Below are positions 38,709 to 48,195 of a DNA stretch of 64,000 bases, in pieces. The stretch's first letter is position 1. Every line of letters starts with the position of its first letter. The position numbers and the translations under genes were made by a program. The notes beneath the pieces are model-generated. The model was not told where the DNA came from and ran no database searches. It saw only the letters and a list, made by a program, of their open reading frames with translations. Origin of the DNA: an uncultured Arcobacter sp. (lineage in GTDB: Bacteria > Campylobacterota > Campylobacteria > Campylobacterales > Arcobacteraceae); assembly GCA_965305115.1 (NCBI GenBank), contig CBDLOJ010000007.1, positions 29,723 through 93,722 on the forward strand, written 5' to 3'.

Positions 38709-39148
38709 AAATAAACCAATTAAAAGAATTACTTCCTTTTAGTAAAAAATTAAATATTTTATTTGTAGAAGATAACGAAGAGGTGCGAAATCAAATTGTC
38801 AAAATGCTTCATAACATTTTTGACAATATTGATACGGCACAAAATGGCGAAGAAGGGTTGGATTTATACCACCAGTTTTTTGAAAAAGAGCAAAAACCCT
38901 ATGATATTATCATCACCGATTTGAGTATGCCAAAAATGGATGGCGTAACTTTTTGTGAAGAGATTATTAGTATTGATGAAGAGCAGATTATATTGGTTCT
39001 ATCAGCCTACACAAATCCCAATAAACTTTTAGACCTTATAAATTTAGGAATCTTTAAATTTATTCAAAAACCAATTCAACAAGAAAATCTTTTAGAAACA
39101 ATGATTTTGGCACTCAATAAACTAAAAGAAAACCAAGAAAGTAATTAA
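38702..39148 (+). CDS. Single-domain response regulator (CheY-like receiver)
   Basis: 148-aa ORF with ILFVEDNEEV...IITDLSMPKMDG. Its start overlaps the kinase stop (ATGTTAG). Confidence 0.85.
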   Translation: MLEINQLKELLPFSKKLNILFVEDNEEVRNQIVKMLHNIFDNIDTAQNGEEGLDLYHQFFEKEQKPYDIIITDLSMPKMDGVTFCEEIISIDEEQIILVLSAYTNPNKLLDLINLGIFKFIQKPIQQENLLETMILALNKLKENQESN

Positions 39149-39227
39149 TTATTCTAAATTATTAGAGCTTTTTATAAACTATTAAAATATTTATAGTATT
39201 ATTCCAAGAAAATATTTAGGATTTTAT

Positions 39228-40154
39228 ATGCTAACGGATAAAATCAGAGCGAAAAAAAGTGGTATTGTACTTTACGGTATTACACCACCAAAAGCTACTC
39301 ACACTGAAGATGAAATTAAAACAATCGCACAAAAACATATTGAGAGAATCTCAAAACTTAATATCGATGGGCTTGTTCTATACGATATTCAAGATGAATC
39401 AGATAGAACAGATGAAAAGAGACCCTTTCCCTTTATAAAAACTCTTAACCCTTGTGAATATTCAAAAAACTATTTACAAGAGTTAAAGACGCCAAGAATT
39501 GTTTATAGAGCAGTGGGTAACTACACAACAAATACCTTTACTAATTGGTTAGAAGATACAAAACAGAGTCAAGTTCACTCTGTTTTTGTAGGTGCTGCAA
39601 GCCATGAACAACAAAACAACATTACTCTGAGAGAAGCTTACAGTTTAAAAAAAGAGGTTAATAATAACCTATGTTTAGGGGGAATTGCAATCCCTGAAAG
39701 ACACACTAAAAAACATGATGAACATTTACGTGTTTTTTCTAAGATTGATAACTCATGTGAATATTTTGTAACACAATGTGTTTACGATTTAGAAGCGGCA
39801 AAAGTTTTTCTAACAGATTACTTACACTATTCAAAAGAGAATAATCAACCTATGGTTCCTATCATTTTTACACTCACTCCATGTGGAAGTGCTAAAACAC
39901 TTGATTTTATGAAATGGTTGGGTATTAATATCCCTAACTATTTAGAAGATGACTTAAAAGAATCAGGTGATATTTTACACGATTCAATCAAACTCTCTCG
40001 AGATATTTTTGAAGAGTTATACAGTTTTGGTAAAAAACGAGGAATTCCTGTGGGCTGTAACGTTGAAAGTGTTGCAATACGAAAAGCAGAAATTGAAGCT
40101 TCAATTGAACTTCTTGATGAAGTTCACAATATCATTAAAAAGTATGATAATTAA
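39228..40154 (+). CDS. Divergent MTHFR (MetF)-family TIM-barrel protein
   Basis: 308-aa ORF. LYGITPPK...IDGLVLYDIQDE resembles methylenetetrahydrofolate reductase-family proteins. The assignment is tentative. Confidence 0.45.
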   Translation: MLTDKIRAKKSGIVLYGITPPKATHTEDEIKTIAQKHIERISKLNIDGLVLYDIQDESDRTDEKRPFPFIKTLNPCEYSKNYLQELKTPRIVYRAVGNYTTNTFTNWLEDTKQSQVHSVFVGAASHEQQNNITLREAYSLKKEVNNNLCLGGIAIPERHTKKHDEHLRVFSKIDNSCEYFVTQCVYDLEAAKVFLTDYLHYSKENNQPMVPIIFTLTPCGSAKTLDFMKWLGINIPNYLEDDLKESGDILHDSIKLSRDIFEELYSFGKKRGIPVGCNVESVAIRKAEIEASIELLDEVHNIIKKYDN

Positions 40155-40175
40155 TCATACTTTTTAAATACAATA

Positions 40176-41696
40176 CTAAACATTTTCAATTTTTCTAAAA
40201 ACTTCTAAATTATTTAATAATATATCCACTAACTTAGGATCAAAGTGTTTACCTCTTTGATCTTTAAAATACTCAATAACTTTTTCTAAAGGCCAAGGCT
40301 CTTTATAACATCGTCTGTGTAAAAGAGCATCAAAAACATCTGCTATAGCAGTTATTCGGCCATAGATATGAATATCTTCAGCTGCTTTTGCGTTAGGGTA
40401 ACCACTACCATCCCATTTTTCATGATGTTCATAAGCAATAATTGCAGCTGCTTTTAACACTGCTTTACTTGAATGTGCCAAAATATCACGACCTATTCGA
40501 GCATGACCTTTCATAGTTTCAAACTCTTCTTCAGTTAATGGTCCCTCTTTTAGAAGTATGGAATCAGCAATACCAATTTTACCAACATCATGCATGGGAG
40601 ATGCTCGACGTATCATTTGAGACTCTTGTTCAGTTAAACCCACACGAAGTGCTAATTCATAGGAGATATTTGCTACACGCCGTACATGATGAGAAGCCTC
40701 TTTTGAACGCCTTTCAACGGTTTCTCCTAATGTTTCAATAAGTTCTTTTTGTGTATCTATAATCTCTTTATTTAAATAGAGATTGTTAAAAGCTATAGAG
40801 ACATTATTGGAGAAGATATTAATCAAGTTTTTATCAAGTTTTGAGAGTTTTTCACATCCAGTAACGTAGATAAGATTTGATTTATCCAAATCTGTTTCAT
40901 AATAACCAATAAACACATCATCTAAAAAGAGGGAACGTTTATTTTCAATTGCCTCTTTAAATAAACTGCGAATATCATCTGTTAAAATCTCTTCTAATTC
41001 TTTGTCGGTATATTTTCCTGTTGATGCTAAAAGTTTATAACAATCGTCGCAGTCGTGCTCTTTTTCAATAGAAAAACCATCTTCAGTGACTAAAAATGAG
41101 TGTCCATTAAGTTTTAAAATTGAGATAAGTTGGGTAAGTACTCCATCAGCAAAAAGTTCTAAAGAAGTTTTTTCAAATATACTTCGGGTAGCTTCAATGA
41201 TTTTTTCTAAGCCTTCTCTGCTTCGTTCAATAGTTCGTAAGTCTCTGTATGAACGTAAAGAACTAACCATGGTAGTATAGAGTTTAACATCAGTTAATTC
41301 TGTTTTTTCTTTATAATCATTAATGTCATAATCTTGAATAACATCTTTTTCAGGAGCATATCCAGGTTGTCCTGTTCGTAAGACGATTCGTATAAAGGGG
41401 TTTTTTAATTCATCACGAATTGTTTTGACAACATCTAAACCAGCATAATCACTCTCCATAACAACATCAAGCAATATTACACTAATATCAGAATTCTCTT
41501 TTAAGACCTCTATAGCTTGAGCACCACTATAGGTACTATAAAACTCTAGTTTCTTATTACGAAAAGTAAAATCTGACAAAACTGCCTTAGTAATAGTATG
41601 AACCTCTTTCTCATCATCACAGATTAAAACTTTCCAGCTTTTTTTGCTCAGAGTGGCTTCTTTAGGTTCTTTTTTTACAAATTTTAATTTTCCCAT
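40176..41696 (-). CDS. Response regulator with receiver and HD-GYP (c-di-GMP phosphodiesterase) domains
   Basis: 506-aa ORF. The REC domain has KVLICDDEKEV...ILLDVVM. The C-terminal domain has HDVGKIG...HHEKWDGSGYP. Confidence 0.88.
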   Translation of the reverse strand: MGKLKFVKKEPKEATLSKKSWKVLICDDEKEVHTITKAVLSDFTFRNKKLEFYSTYSGAQAIEVLKENSDISVILLDVVMESDYAGLDVVKTIRDELKNPFIRIVLRTGQPGYAPEKDVIQDYDINDYKEKTELTDVKLYTTMVSSLRSYRDLRTIERSREGLEKIIEATRSIFEKTSLELFADGVLTQLISILKLNGHSFLVTEDGFSIEKEHDCDDCYKLLASTGKYTDKELEEILTDDIRSLFKEAIENKRSLFLDDVFIGYYETDLDKSNLIYVTGCEKLSKLDKNLINIFSNNVSIAFNNLYLNKEIIDTQKELIETLGETVERRSKEASHHVRRVANISYELALRVGLTEQESQMIRRASPMHDVGKIGIADSILLKEGPLTEEEFETMKGHARIGRDILAHSSKAVLKAAAIIAYEHHEKWDGSGYPNAKAAEDIHIYGRITAIADVFDALLHRRCYKEPWPLEKVIEYFKDQRGKHFDPKLVDILLNNLEVFRKIENV

Positions 41697-41840
41697 CTTA
41701 CTCCCTTCTTAGGTACCTTAATAGTAACCTATATAAAATAAATCTTAAATAAAAATAATTTTTTACTCTAGCATAACAACAAAATTTAATATTGTTAGAG
41801 TTATAATCAAAAAGAATAAAATTAATGAGAAAGCGTATCC

Positions 41841-42047
41841 ATGAAAAAACTGTGTAACTCTCCTATTTTTCTCGCATATACTTTTATTTTGCTCTTTTTT
41901 ATTATTAATATTTACATTATCTTTAAAATAGATACCAGTGCGATTTATAGTAGCTACCTAATTTTTTCTATGATTTGGATAATAATTATAGTTTTATTGA
42001 AAATGATATCAGACCGCATTAGTTTTAAAGAGAGTAAAAATGTTTGA
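41841..42047 (+). CDS. Small 2-TM membrane protein translationally coupled to the symporter-kinase
   Basis: 68-aa ORF. Its TGA overlaps the ATG of the next gene (ATGTTTGA at 42040-42047). Confidence 0.5.
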   Translation: MKKLCNSPIFLAYTFILLFFIINIYIIFKIDTSAIYSSYLIFSMIWIIIIVLLKMISDRISFKESKNV

Positions 42048-44973
42048 ATTAGATGTCATTATTACCATTTTTTTAATCTACATGCTTTTACTTTTTGTGG
42101 TTGCTTATTTCGTTGAAAACAGTAACCGTTCTAAAAAACTTTTTAATTCACCTTATATTTATGCCCTCTCTCTTGCAATTTATTGTACCGCTTGGACATA
42201 TTACGGAAGTGTCGGAAAAGTATCCAGTGGTGGATTTATTTTTATGGCAGTCTATTTGGGACCAACACTTATTGTATTTTTGTGGCCTATTATTTTACGA
42301 CGAATGATAAAAATTAAAGAGGTCTATAAAGTCACTAGTTTAGCAGATTTGATTTCAGCACGTTACGATAAATCTATGTTTATTGGTGCTTTTGTCAGTT
42401 TTGGAGCTATTGCAGGTATTATTCCTTATATCTCCATACAACTTAAAGCTATTATTCAATCTATTGATATTTTACTCATTAAAGAGGAGCAAAGTATTAA
42501 CGCCAATAGTGCAGATGATGTAGGAATCCTCATTGTTATTCTCATGGCATTTTTTACTATTATTTTTGGACTACGTAAACTTGACCCTTCAGAGAGACAC
42601 TTTGGAATGGTTTTTATTGTTGCTATTGAATCGATTATTAAACTTATTGCCCTATTAGTTATTGGTATTTTTGTCTCCTATTTTGTTTTTGATGATATTG
42701 AATCCATTCTCACTCTTGCAGCACAAAATGATGTTTTTAAACATTTAGCAGAGAATCAAAATGGAATGGACTACTCTAACTGGATTAGTATTATTATACT
42801 CTCTATGTTTGCTGTTATGTTTTTACCACGACAGTTTCATATTAGTGTTGTAGAAAATTCAAATGTTAATCATATCAAAACTGCCATGTGGGTTTTTCCT
42901 CTGTATCTATTTTTAATTACCTTTTTCACTATACCCATAGCACTAGGAGGAAGTTTATTAGATATTAATCATACTTTAAATGATTTTTACGTTTTAACAA
43001 TACCTATGAGTTTAGAACAGCCTATTTTGTCTATTATTGCATTTATTGGTGGTTTTTCTGCATCTACGAGTATGATTATGGTAACCTCCATGGCAATGGC
43101 TATCATGGTGAGCAACTATTTAGTTTTACCACTTCTTGAGCTAACACCCCATTTAAACTTCTTGAAACGAAGACTTCTTTTTACCCGTTGGGTAATCGTA
43201 ACTTTGTTGATTACCCTTAGTTATATTTTTTATCTTTATGTCTCTAAAGATAATCTCATTGTTAACATTGGTCTTATCTCTTTTACGGCTATTTTACAAT
43301 TTGCTCCAGTTATTATTGGTGGTTTATTTTGGGAAAAAGCTAATAAATATGGAGCAATTACTGCACTAACAAGTGGTTTTGTTATTTGGTTCTATACCCT
43401 TATTATTCCTCAATTTGTAAAAAGTCAATGGATTGATACAGATATTGTTAATGAAGGACTTTTAGGATTAGCCTTTTTAAAACCAACACAACTTTTTGGA
43501 CTTTCAGAGTTTGCTTCTATTCCTCATGCTGTTTTTTGGACAATGTTTTTTAATATTGGTACTTTTATTATTGTCTCTTTGATTAAACAAAGTAGTGAAG
43601 AAGAACAAAAAATTGCCAACGATTTTATTCACATATTAGAAGAGAAAGAGCACCTACAACTCAATAAAGAGTTAGAACAAACCATAAATATTCAAGAGAA
43701 GATGAGACTTTTTAAAAATATTCTCAATCAATATTTAAGCCCTGTAAAAACTGCCCTAACCTTAAAAAAAATAACACGAAAATTTGAGTTAAAAAAGAGA
43801 ACTCATATTAATATTTTGGAGCTTTCAAAAATATACAGTTATTTAGAAAGAGTCCTTTCAGGAACCCTAGGAACAGCAGGAGCATATAGTACGCTAAAAA
43901 AGAGTGAGATTTTTAGTGAAAAGGAATCAGTAGAACTTTCTAGTCTTTATGCCAATATTCTAAAAAAGATGAAAATCTCACCAGAAGAGTTTAGTAAAAA
44001 AATCAACTACTTTGAAGAGAAAGAGAAACTTTTAAAAGAGCACTACGAACAATTAGAAGAAAAAATTATTGAAAGAGACAATGAAATCAGTGCGCGAAAA
44101 ATTGCTCAAAATGAAATAAAAGAACTCAATGAAACTTTAGAACATAAAGTTGAAGATAGAACAAAACAACTACGTGATATCAATGCTAAACTCAACCAAT
44201 CCATGCTTGAATTAAAACGAACACAAGACAATTTAATTGAGGCTGAAAAAATGGCAAGTCTGGGAGAACTTGTAGCTGGAGTTGCCCATGAAATTAATAC
44301 GCCAGTAGGTTCATCTCTTACGGGGATCACCTATTTTAATTCACTCTCTAAAGATATTTCAAAGCTCTATAAGGAAGATAACCTTAGTCAAGATGATTTT
44401 GAAAACTTTTTACAAAAGTCAAAAGAGTTGGCAAAAAGTATTAATATTAATTTAGAAAAAACAGCCAAACTTGTGAGCAGTTTTAAACAAGTTGCAGTGG
44501 ATCAATCCAGTGATGATAAGCGCGAATTTAATATGGATGAGTACATTGATGAGATTTTGCTCAGTATTAACAACATTACAAAAAAAACAAAAATCACTAT
44601 TCACAAAGAGTGTCCAAAAGATTTAACACTTCAAAGTTATCCTGGAGTTTTTTCTCAAATATTAACTAACTTTATTATTAATACAACAATACATGCTTAT
44701 GATAAAAAAGATAAAGGTAAAGCTGAGATTATTGTTAGCACGAGCGAAAATGATATTGAACTTATCTACAAAGATTATGGAAAAGGAATCAGCCAAGAAA
44801 ATCTAGCCAAAATTTTCAATCCATTCTTTACTACTAACAGAGAAGGTGGAGGTAGTGGATTAGGGTTAAGTATTATCTATAATCTAATCACAACAAAACT
44901 CAATGGTACTATTAAATGCAACAGCAAAGAGCAAGAAGGAACGACCTTTATCGTTAAGTTTCCCAAAGAATAA
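42040..44973 (+). CDS. Sodium:solute symporter (SSF/SLC5)-domain sensor histidine kinase (CbrA/CrbS-like architecture)
   Basis: 977-aa ORF. About 13 TM segments have SSF features (YGSVG..., LPRQFH). A linker and coiled coil follow, then H-box MASLGELVAGVAHEINTPVG and HATPase G-boxes DYGKGI...GGGSGLGLS. Confidence 0.85.
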   Translation: MFELDVIITIFLIYMLLLFVVAYFVENSNRSKKLFNSPYIYALSLAIYCTAWTYYGSVGKVSSGGFIFMAVYLGPTLIVFLWPIILRRMIKIKEVYKVTSLADLISARYDKSMFIGAFVSFGAIAGIIPYISIQLKAIIQSIDILLIKEEQSINANSADDVGILIVILMAFFTIIFGLRKLDPSERHFGMVFIVAIESIIKLIALLVIGIFVSYFVFDDIESILTLAAQNDVFKHLAENQNGMDYSNWISIIILSMFAVMFLPRQFHISVVENSNVNHIKTAMWVFPLYLFLITFFTIPIALGGSLLDINHTLNDFYVLTIPMSLEQPILSIIAFIGGFSASTSMIMVTSMAMAIMVSNYLVLPLLELTPHLNFLKRRLLFTRWVIVTLLITLSYIFYLYVSKDNLIVNIGLISFTAILQFAPVIIGGLFWEKANKYGAITALTSGFVIWFYTLIIPQFVKSQWIDTDIVNEGLLGLAFLKPTQLFGLSEFASIPHAVFWTMFFNIGTFIIVSLIKQSSEEEQKIANDFIHILEEKEHLQLNKELEQTINIQEKMRLFKNILNQYLSPVKTALTLKKITRKFELKKRTHINILELSKIYSYLERVLSGTLGTAGAYSTLKKSEIFSEKESVELSSLYANILKKMKISPEEFSKKINYFEEKEKLLKEHYEQLEEKIIERDNEISARKIAQNEIKELNETLEHKVEDRTKQLRDINAKLNQSMLELKRTQDNLIEAEKMASLGELVAGVAHEINTPVGSSLTGITYFNSLSKDISKLYKEDNLSQDDFENFLQKSKELAKSININLEKTAKLVSSFKQVAVDQSSDDKREFNMDEYIDEILLSINNITKKTKITIHKECPKDLTLQSYPGVFSQILTNFIINTTIHAYDKKDKGKAEIIVSTSENDIELIYKDYGKGISQENLAKIFNPFFTTNREGGGSGLGLSIIYNLITTKLNGTIKCNSKEQEGTTFIVKFPKE

Positions 44974-45049
44974 ACCATAAATATTTCATTTTGTAATGTT
45001 TTCATATAAATATATCAAATAGTGATAAACTTCTTAAAAAGGAGTTATC

Positions 45050-45235
45050 ATGTTTATCAACGAAAAATTAGACACACTTTACAGAAAACTTGACTATGCT
45101 CAATGGCAAAAAGAAGCAAACAAAGGTTCAGAAGAAAATTTCCAAGAGTCAAATCGTCTTGTTGCTTATTATAAACGAGAGATACAAAGGCTCTCAAAGA
45201 AAAAGGGAATGTTTAAACAACTTACTATGTTTTAA
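45050..45235 (+). CDS. Hypothetical small protein
   Basis: 61-aa ORF with a GGAG RBS upstream. No motif recognised. Confidence 0.35.
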   Translation: MFINEKLDTLYRKLDYAQWQKEANKGSEENFQESNRLVAYYKREIQRLSKKKGMFKQLTMF

Positions 45236-45254
45236 ACTATGCTCTCTTGTCTTC

Positions 45255-46106
45255 TTATTTAATTGTTGCTAATACAAGCTCTCGTAGTGTTTTACAAGCA
45301 ACTGCTGTTGAGACGCCACTTGTATCATATTTAGGAGATAACTCAACAAGGTCTACACCGACTACATTATTTAAATTACTTAATTCTTTAATAATCTCAA
45401 GCATTTGATGAAAGTTTATTCCACCAGGTTCTGGCGTTCCAGTACCAGGAAAAACGGAAGGATCTAAAACATCCAAGTCAATTGTTATGTAGACAGGTAT
45501 ATCTTTTAGTCGTCTAACACAAGAAGGTAAAGTGTTATAGGTAAACTTTTCTAAATGCGTATGTTTTTTTGCCCAAAGGAACTCCTCTTTTAATCCCGAA
45601 CGAATACAAAATTGATTAATTTTTCCATCACCTAACTGGTCATAGATTCTTCTTATTACAGTTGCATGGCTTAATGATTCACCTAAGTAATCTTCACGTA
45701 AATCAGTATGTGCATCAAAATGAATAAGATGTAAGTTTTCATATTTTTTTGACAATGCTTTAACGGGAGCTAAAGAGACTAAGTGTTCCCCTCCAATCAT
45801 AATAGGTATTTTATTTGCCTCAATAATTTTGTCAACATGCTCTTGTATTAAACGAAGTGCATTCTTCTTATCCCCAAAAGGAAGTTCTAAATCACCATAA
45901 TCAAAAAGCTTTAAATCTTCTAAGTCTTTATCTAAATAAGGGGAATAACTCTCAATTGCCCACGAATCTTCTCGCATAGCTGCTGGTGCAAATCGAGCCC
46001 CTGGCTTAAATGACGTTGTACCATCAAAAGGTACTCCAAACAAAACAGCTTTTGACTCTTCAAAATCAGATTCAAAGCCAATAAAAGTATTACTTTGTGC
46101 TTTCAT
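45255..46106 (-). CDS. speB: Agmatinase (ureohydrolase family)
   Basis: 283-aa ORF with GGEHLVS, HFDAHTDLR, DLDVLDP and the Mn-binding pattern of arginase/agmatinase. Confidence 0.85.
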   Translation of the reverse strand: MKAQSNTFIGFESDFEESKAVLFGVPFDGTTSFKPGARFAPAAMREDSWAIESYSPYLDKDLEDLKLFDYGDLELPFGDKKNALRLIQEHVDKIIEANKIPIMIGGEHLVSLAPVKALSKKYENLHLIHFDAHTDLREDYLGESLSHATVIRRIYDQLGDGKINQFCIRSGLKEEFLWAKKHTHLEKFTYNTLPSCVRRLKDIPVYITIDLDVLDPSVFPGTGTPEPGGINFHQMLEIIKELSNLNNVVGVDLVELSPKYDTSGVSTAVACKTLRELVLATIK

Positions 46107-47213
46107 TTAAAGTTTCCTTTCAAAATTATACATATCCATATACCTAAATGCCAAGAGATTTTCTAAGATGGCAAATATCACAATAAAGTTAATAAAGGAG
46201 CTTCCCCCATATGAGAACAGTGGCAAGGGCAAGCCAACAACGGGAGCAAACCCAATAACCATAAATATATTAATACTCATATTTAAAAACAGTAACAGCC
46301 CCAAACCTGAGGCAAAACAGCGGATGACATAATCATCTTGAAAAAAGTAGTTAAGGGATAAAAGATGCACAATGAGTAAGAGATAAATTAAAATCAAACC
46401 AATAGCACCAATAAAGCCATAACGCTCAACTAAATATGCAAAAATAAAATCGCTGGTTGCAATAGGTAAAAACTTCAATTGCGTTTGGGTTGCTTCATCA
46501 GAGTTCTTTCCTAAAAGTCCCCCGGAACCTATGGCAATAATAGATTGTTGTACGTGATAACTAGGCTCTTCTGAAATAAAATCATGAATTCTTTTTTTCT
46601 GATAATCTTTGATTAAATAGGTGTAAATAAATGGTGAAGCTATACCAATCATCACAATAATACTCACCCATATTTTCCAATGAACCCCAATAATAAATAA
46701 AATACCATAACCAACAAGAAGCAATACCAATGCTGTTCCTAAATCAGGTTCTTTGGCAATTAATACAAAGGGAACTAAAATAAAAAAAGAAAAATAGATA
46801 AACTCTTTTAAACGGTAACCACCACGAGGAGGAGGCTGATTGGCAACTAAATGTCCAATCATCAGCAAAAAAATAGGTTTAATAAGCTCTGAGGGTTGTA
46901 TGGTTGAGCTGGTCCCTGGTATCTCTAACCATCGCTGTGCTCCCAACTTTGTTACTCCAAAAAGCTCAACAGCAATTAATAGCGCAATTCCTAACCAATA
47001 AAAAAATGGAATCAGCCGAATATTCCTTCGTACAGGGAGAAAAAAGACAACTATAAACGAAGCAAAAGCTATAGAAAAGTATATTAACTGTTTTTGTGCT
47101 AATATTTCATTTGTTTCACTAATTAAATGGTAAGAGAAATAGACCAATGGTAAAATAAATATAATTAACAGATAATCAAAATGGGATATAATTCTTTTAT
47201 CAATAAAATGCAT
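46107..47213 (-). CDS. rodA: SEDS-family peptidoglycan polymerase, RodA-like
   Basis: 368-aa ORF with about 10 TM segments, QPSELIKP and TDFIFA motifs. I recall an mrdB gene lying close to the rluD/flpA block in C. jejuni. Confidence 0.8.
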   Translation of the reverse strand: MHFIDKRIISHFDYLLIIFILPLVYFSYHLISETNEILAQKQLIYFSIAFASFIVVFFLPVRRNIRLIPFFYWLGIALLIAVELFGVTKLGAQRWLEIPGTSSTIQPSELIKPIFLLMIGHLVANQPPPRGGYRLKEFIYFSFFILVPFVLIAKEPDLGTALVLLLVGYGILFIIGVHWKIWVSIIVMIGIASPFIYTYLIKDYQKKRIHDFISEEPSYHVQQSIIAIGSGGLLGKNSDEATQTQLKFLPIATSDFIFAYLVERYGFIGAIGLILIYLLLIVHLLSLNYFFQDDYVIRCFASGLGLLLFLNMSINIFMVIGFAPVVGLPLPLFSYGGSSFINFIVIFAILENLLAFRYMDMYNFERKL

Positions 47214-47214
47214 A

Positions 47215-48195
47215 ATGAAAGAGTATCAAAATATGAATAAAACCTTTATTGTTCACGAGCCGAATCGTTTGGATAAATTTTTAACCCCTCACATTGAGGC
47301 TTCTAGAAATCAAATTGAACACTTAATAAAAAAAGAGTTTGTCAAAGTCAATGGCAAAACTATGCCAAAATCTGGTTATAAACTAAAAGTTAATGATGAA
47401 GTTGAAGTTAACTTTCCAGAAGTTGAAACTTCAAAAGAGGTCACCGTAGATTTTGATGTTGAAATTATCTATGAAGATGATGCAATTTTAGTTATTAATA
47501 AACCAATGAACCTCACTGTTCATGATGCCCCTAGTGTCAAAGATGCTACTTTAGTGGATTGGCTAAAATCAAAAAAGATCTCACTCTCAACTATTAGTGG
47601 AGAAGAGCGACATGGAATTGTTCATCGTTTAGACAAAGGCACTAGTGGAGTTATGGTTGTAGCAAAAACAAATGAAGCCCATGTTCATTTAGCAAAACAG
47701 TTAGAAGAGAAAAGCATGGGTCGTTATTATTTAGCAGTAACTGACCTAGCATTAAAAGATCATACTATTGTGGAAAAACCAATAGGTAGAAATCCTAATA
47801 ATCGTCTCAAAATGGCAATTATTCCAAATGGTAAAAATGCAAAATCTGCTTTTGCAAAACTACAGCTAAGTAACAATGAAAAATATGAGTTAATTGCCGC
47901 TAAACTTTTCACGGGAAGAACACATCAAATACGCGTCCATCTAGCGTCGCTAAATCGCCATATTTTGGGTGATAATTTATACGGATTTAAGGGTGAGTTA
48001 AATAAAATAAATAGATTTTATTTACACGCATATAACCTATATTTAACTCATCCTACAACTGGTAAGGAAATGAGTTTTAAAGCAAATATACCTTATGATA
48101 TTAATAATTTTTTAAATGATAATTTTAACAGGGAGAAAGTTAATGAGAAACTGGATGAAAGTTATATCATCTCTATTTTTGATTCTTTTAGTTAG
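47215..48195 (+). CDS. rluD: RluA/RluD-family 23S rRNA pseudouridine synthase
   Basis: 326-aa ORF with an S4 domain followed by HRLDKGTSGVMVVAK...GRTHQIRVH. An alternative start is at 47233. Confidence 0.9.
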   Translation: MKEYQNMNKTFIVHEPNRLDKFLTPHIEASRNQIEHLIKKEFVKVNGKTMPKSGYKLKVNDEVEVNFPEVETSKEVTVDFDVEIIYEDDAILVINKPMNLTVHDAPSVKDATLVDWLKSKKISLSTISGEERHGIVHRLDKGTSGVMVVAKTNEAHVHLAKQLEEKSMGRYYLAVTDLALKDHTIVEKPIGRNPNNRLKMAIIPNGKNAKSAFAKLQLSNNEKYELIAAKLFTGRTHQIRVHLASLNRHILGDNLYGFKGELNKINRFYLHAYNLYLTHPTTGKEMSFKANIPYDINNFLNDNFNREKVNEKLDESYIISIFDSFS

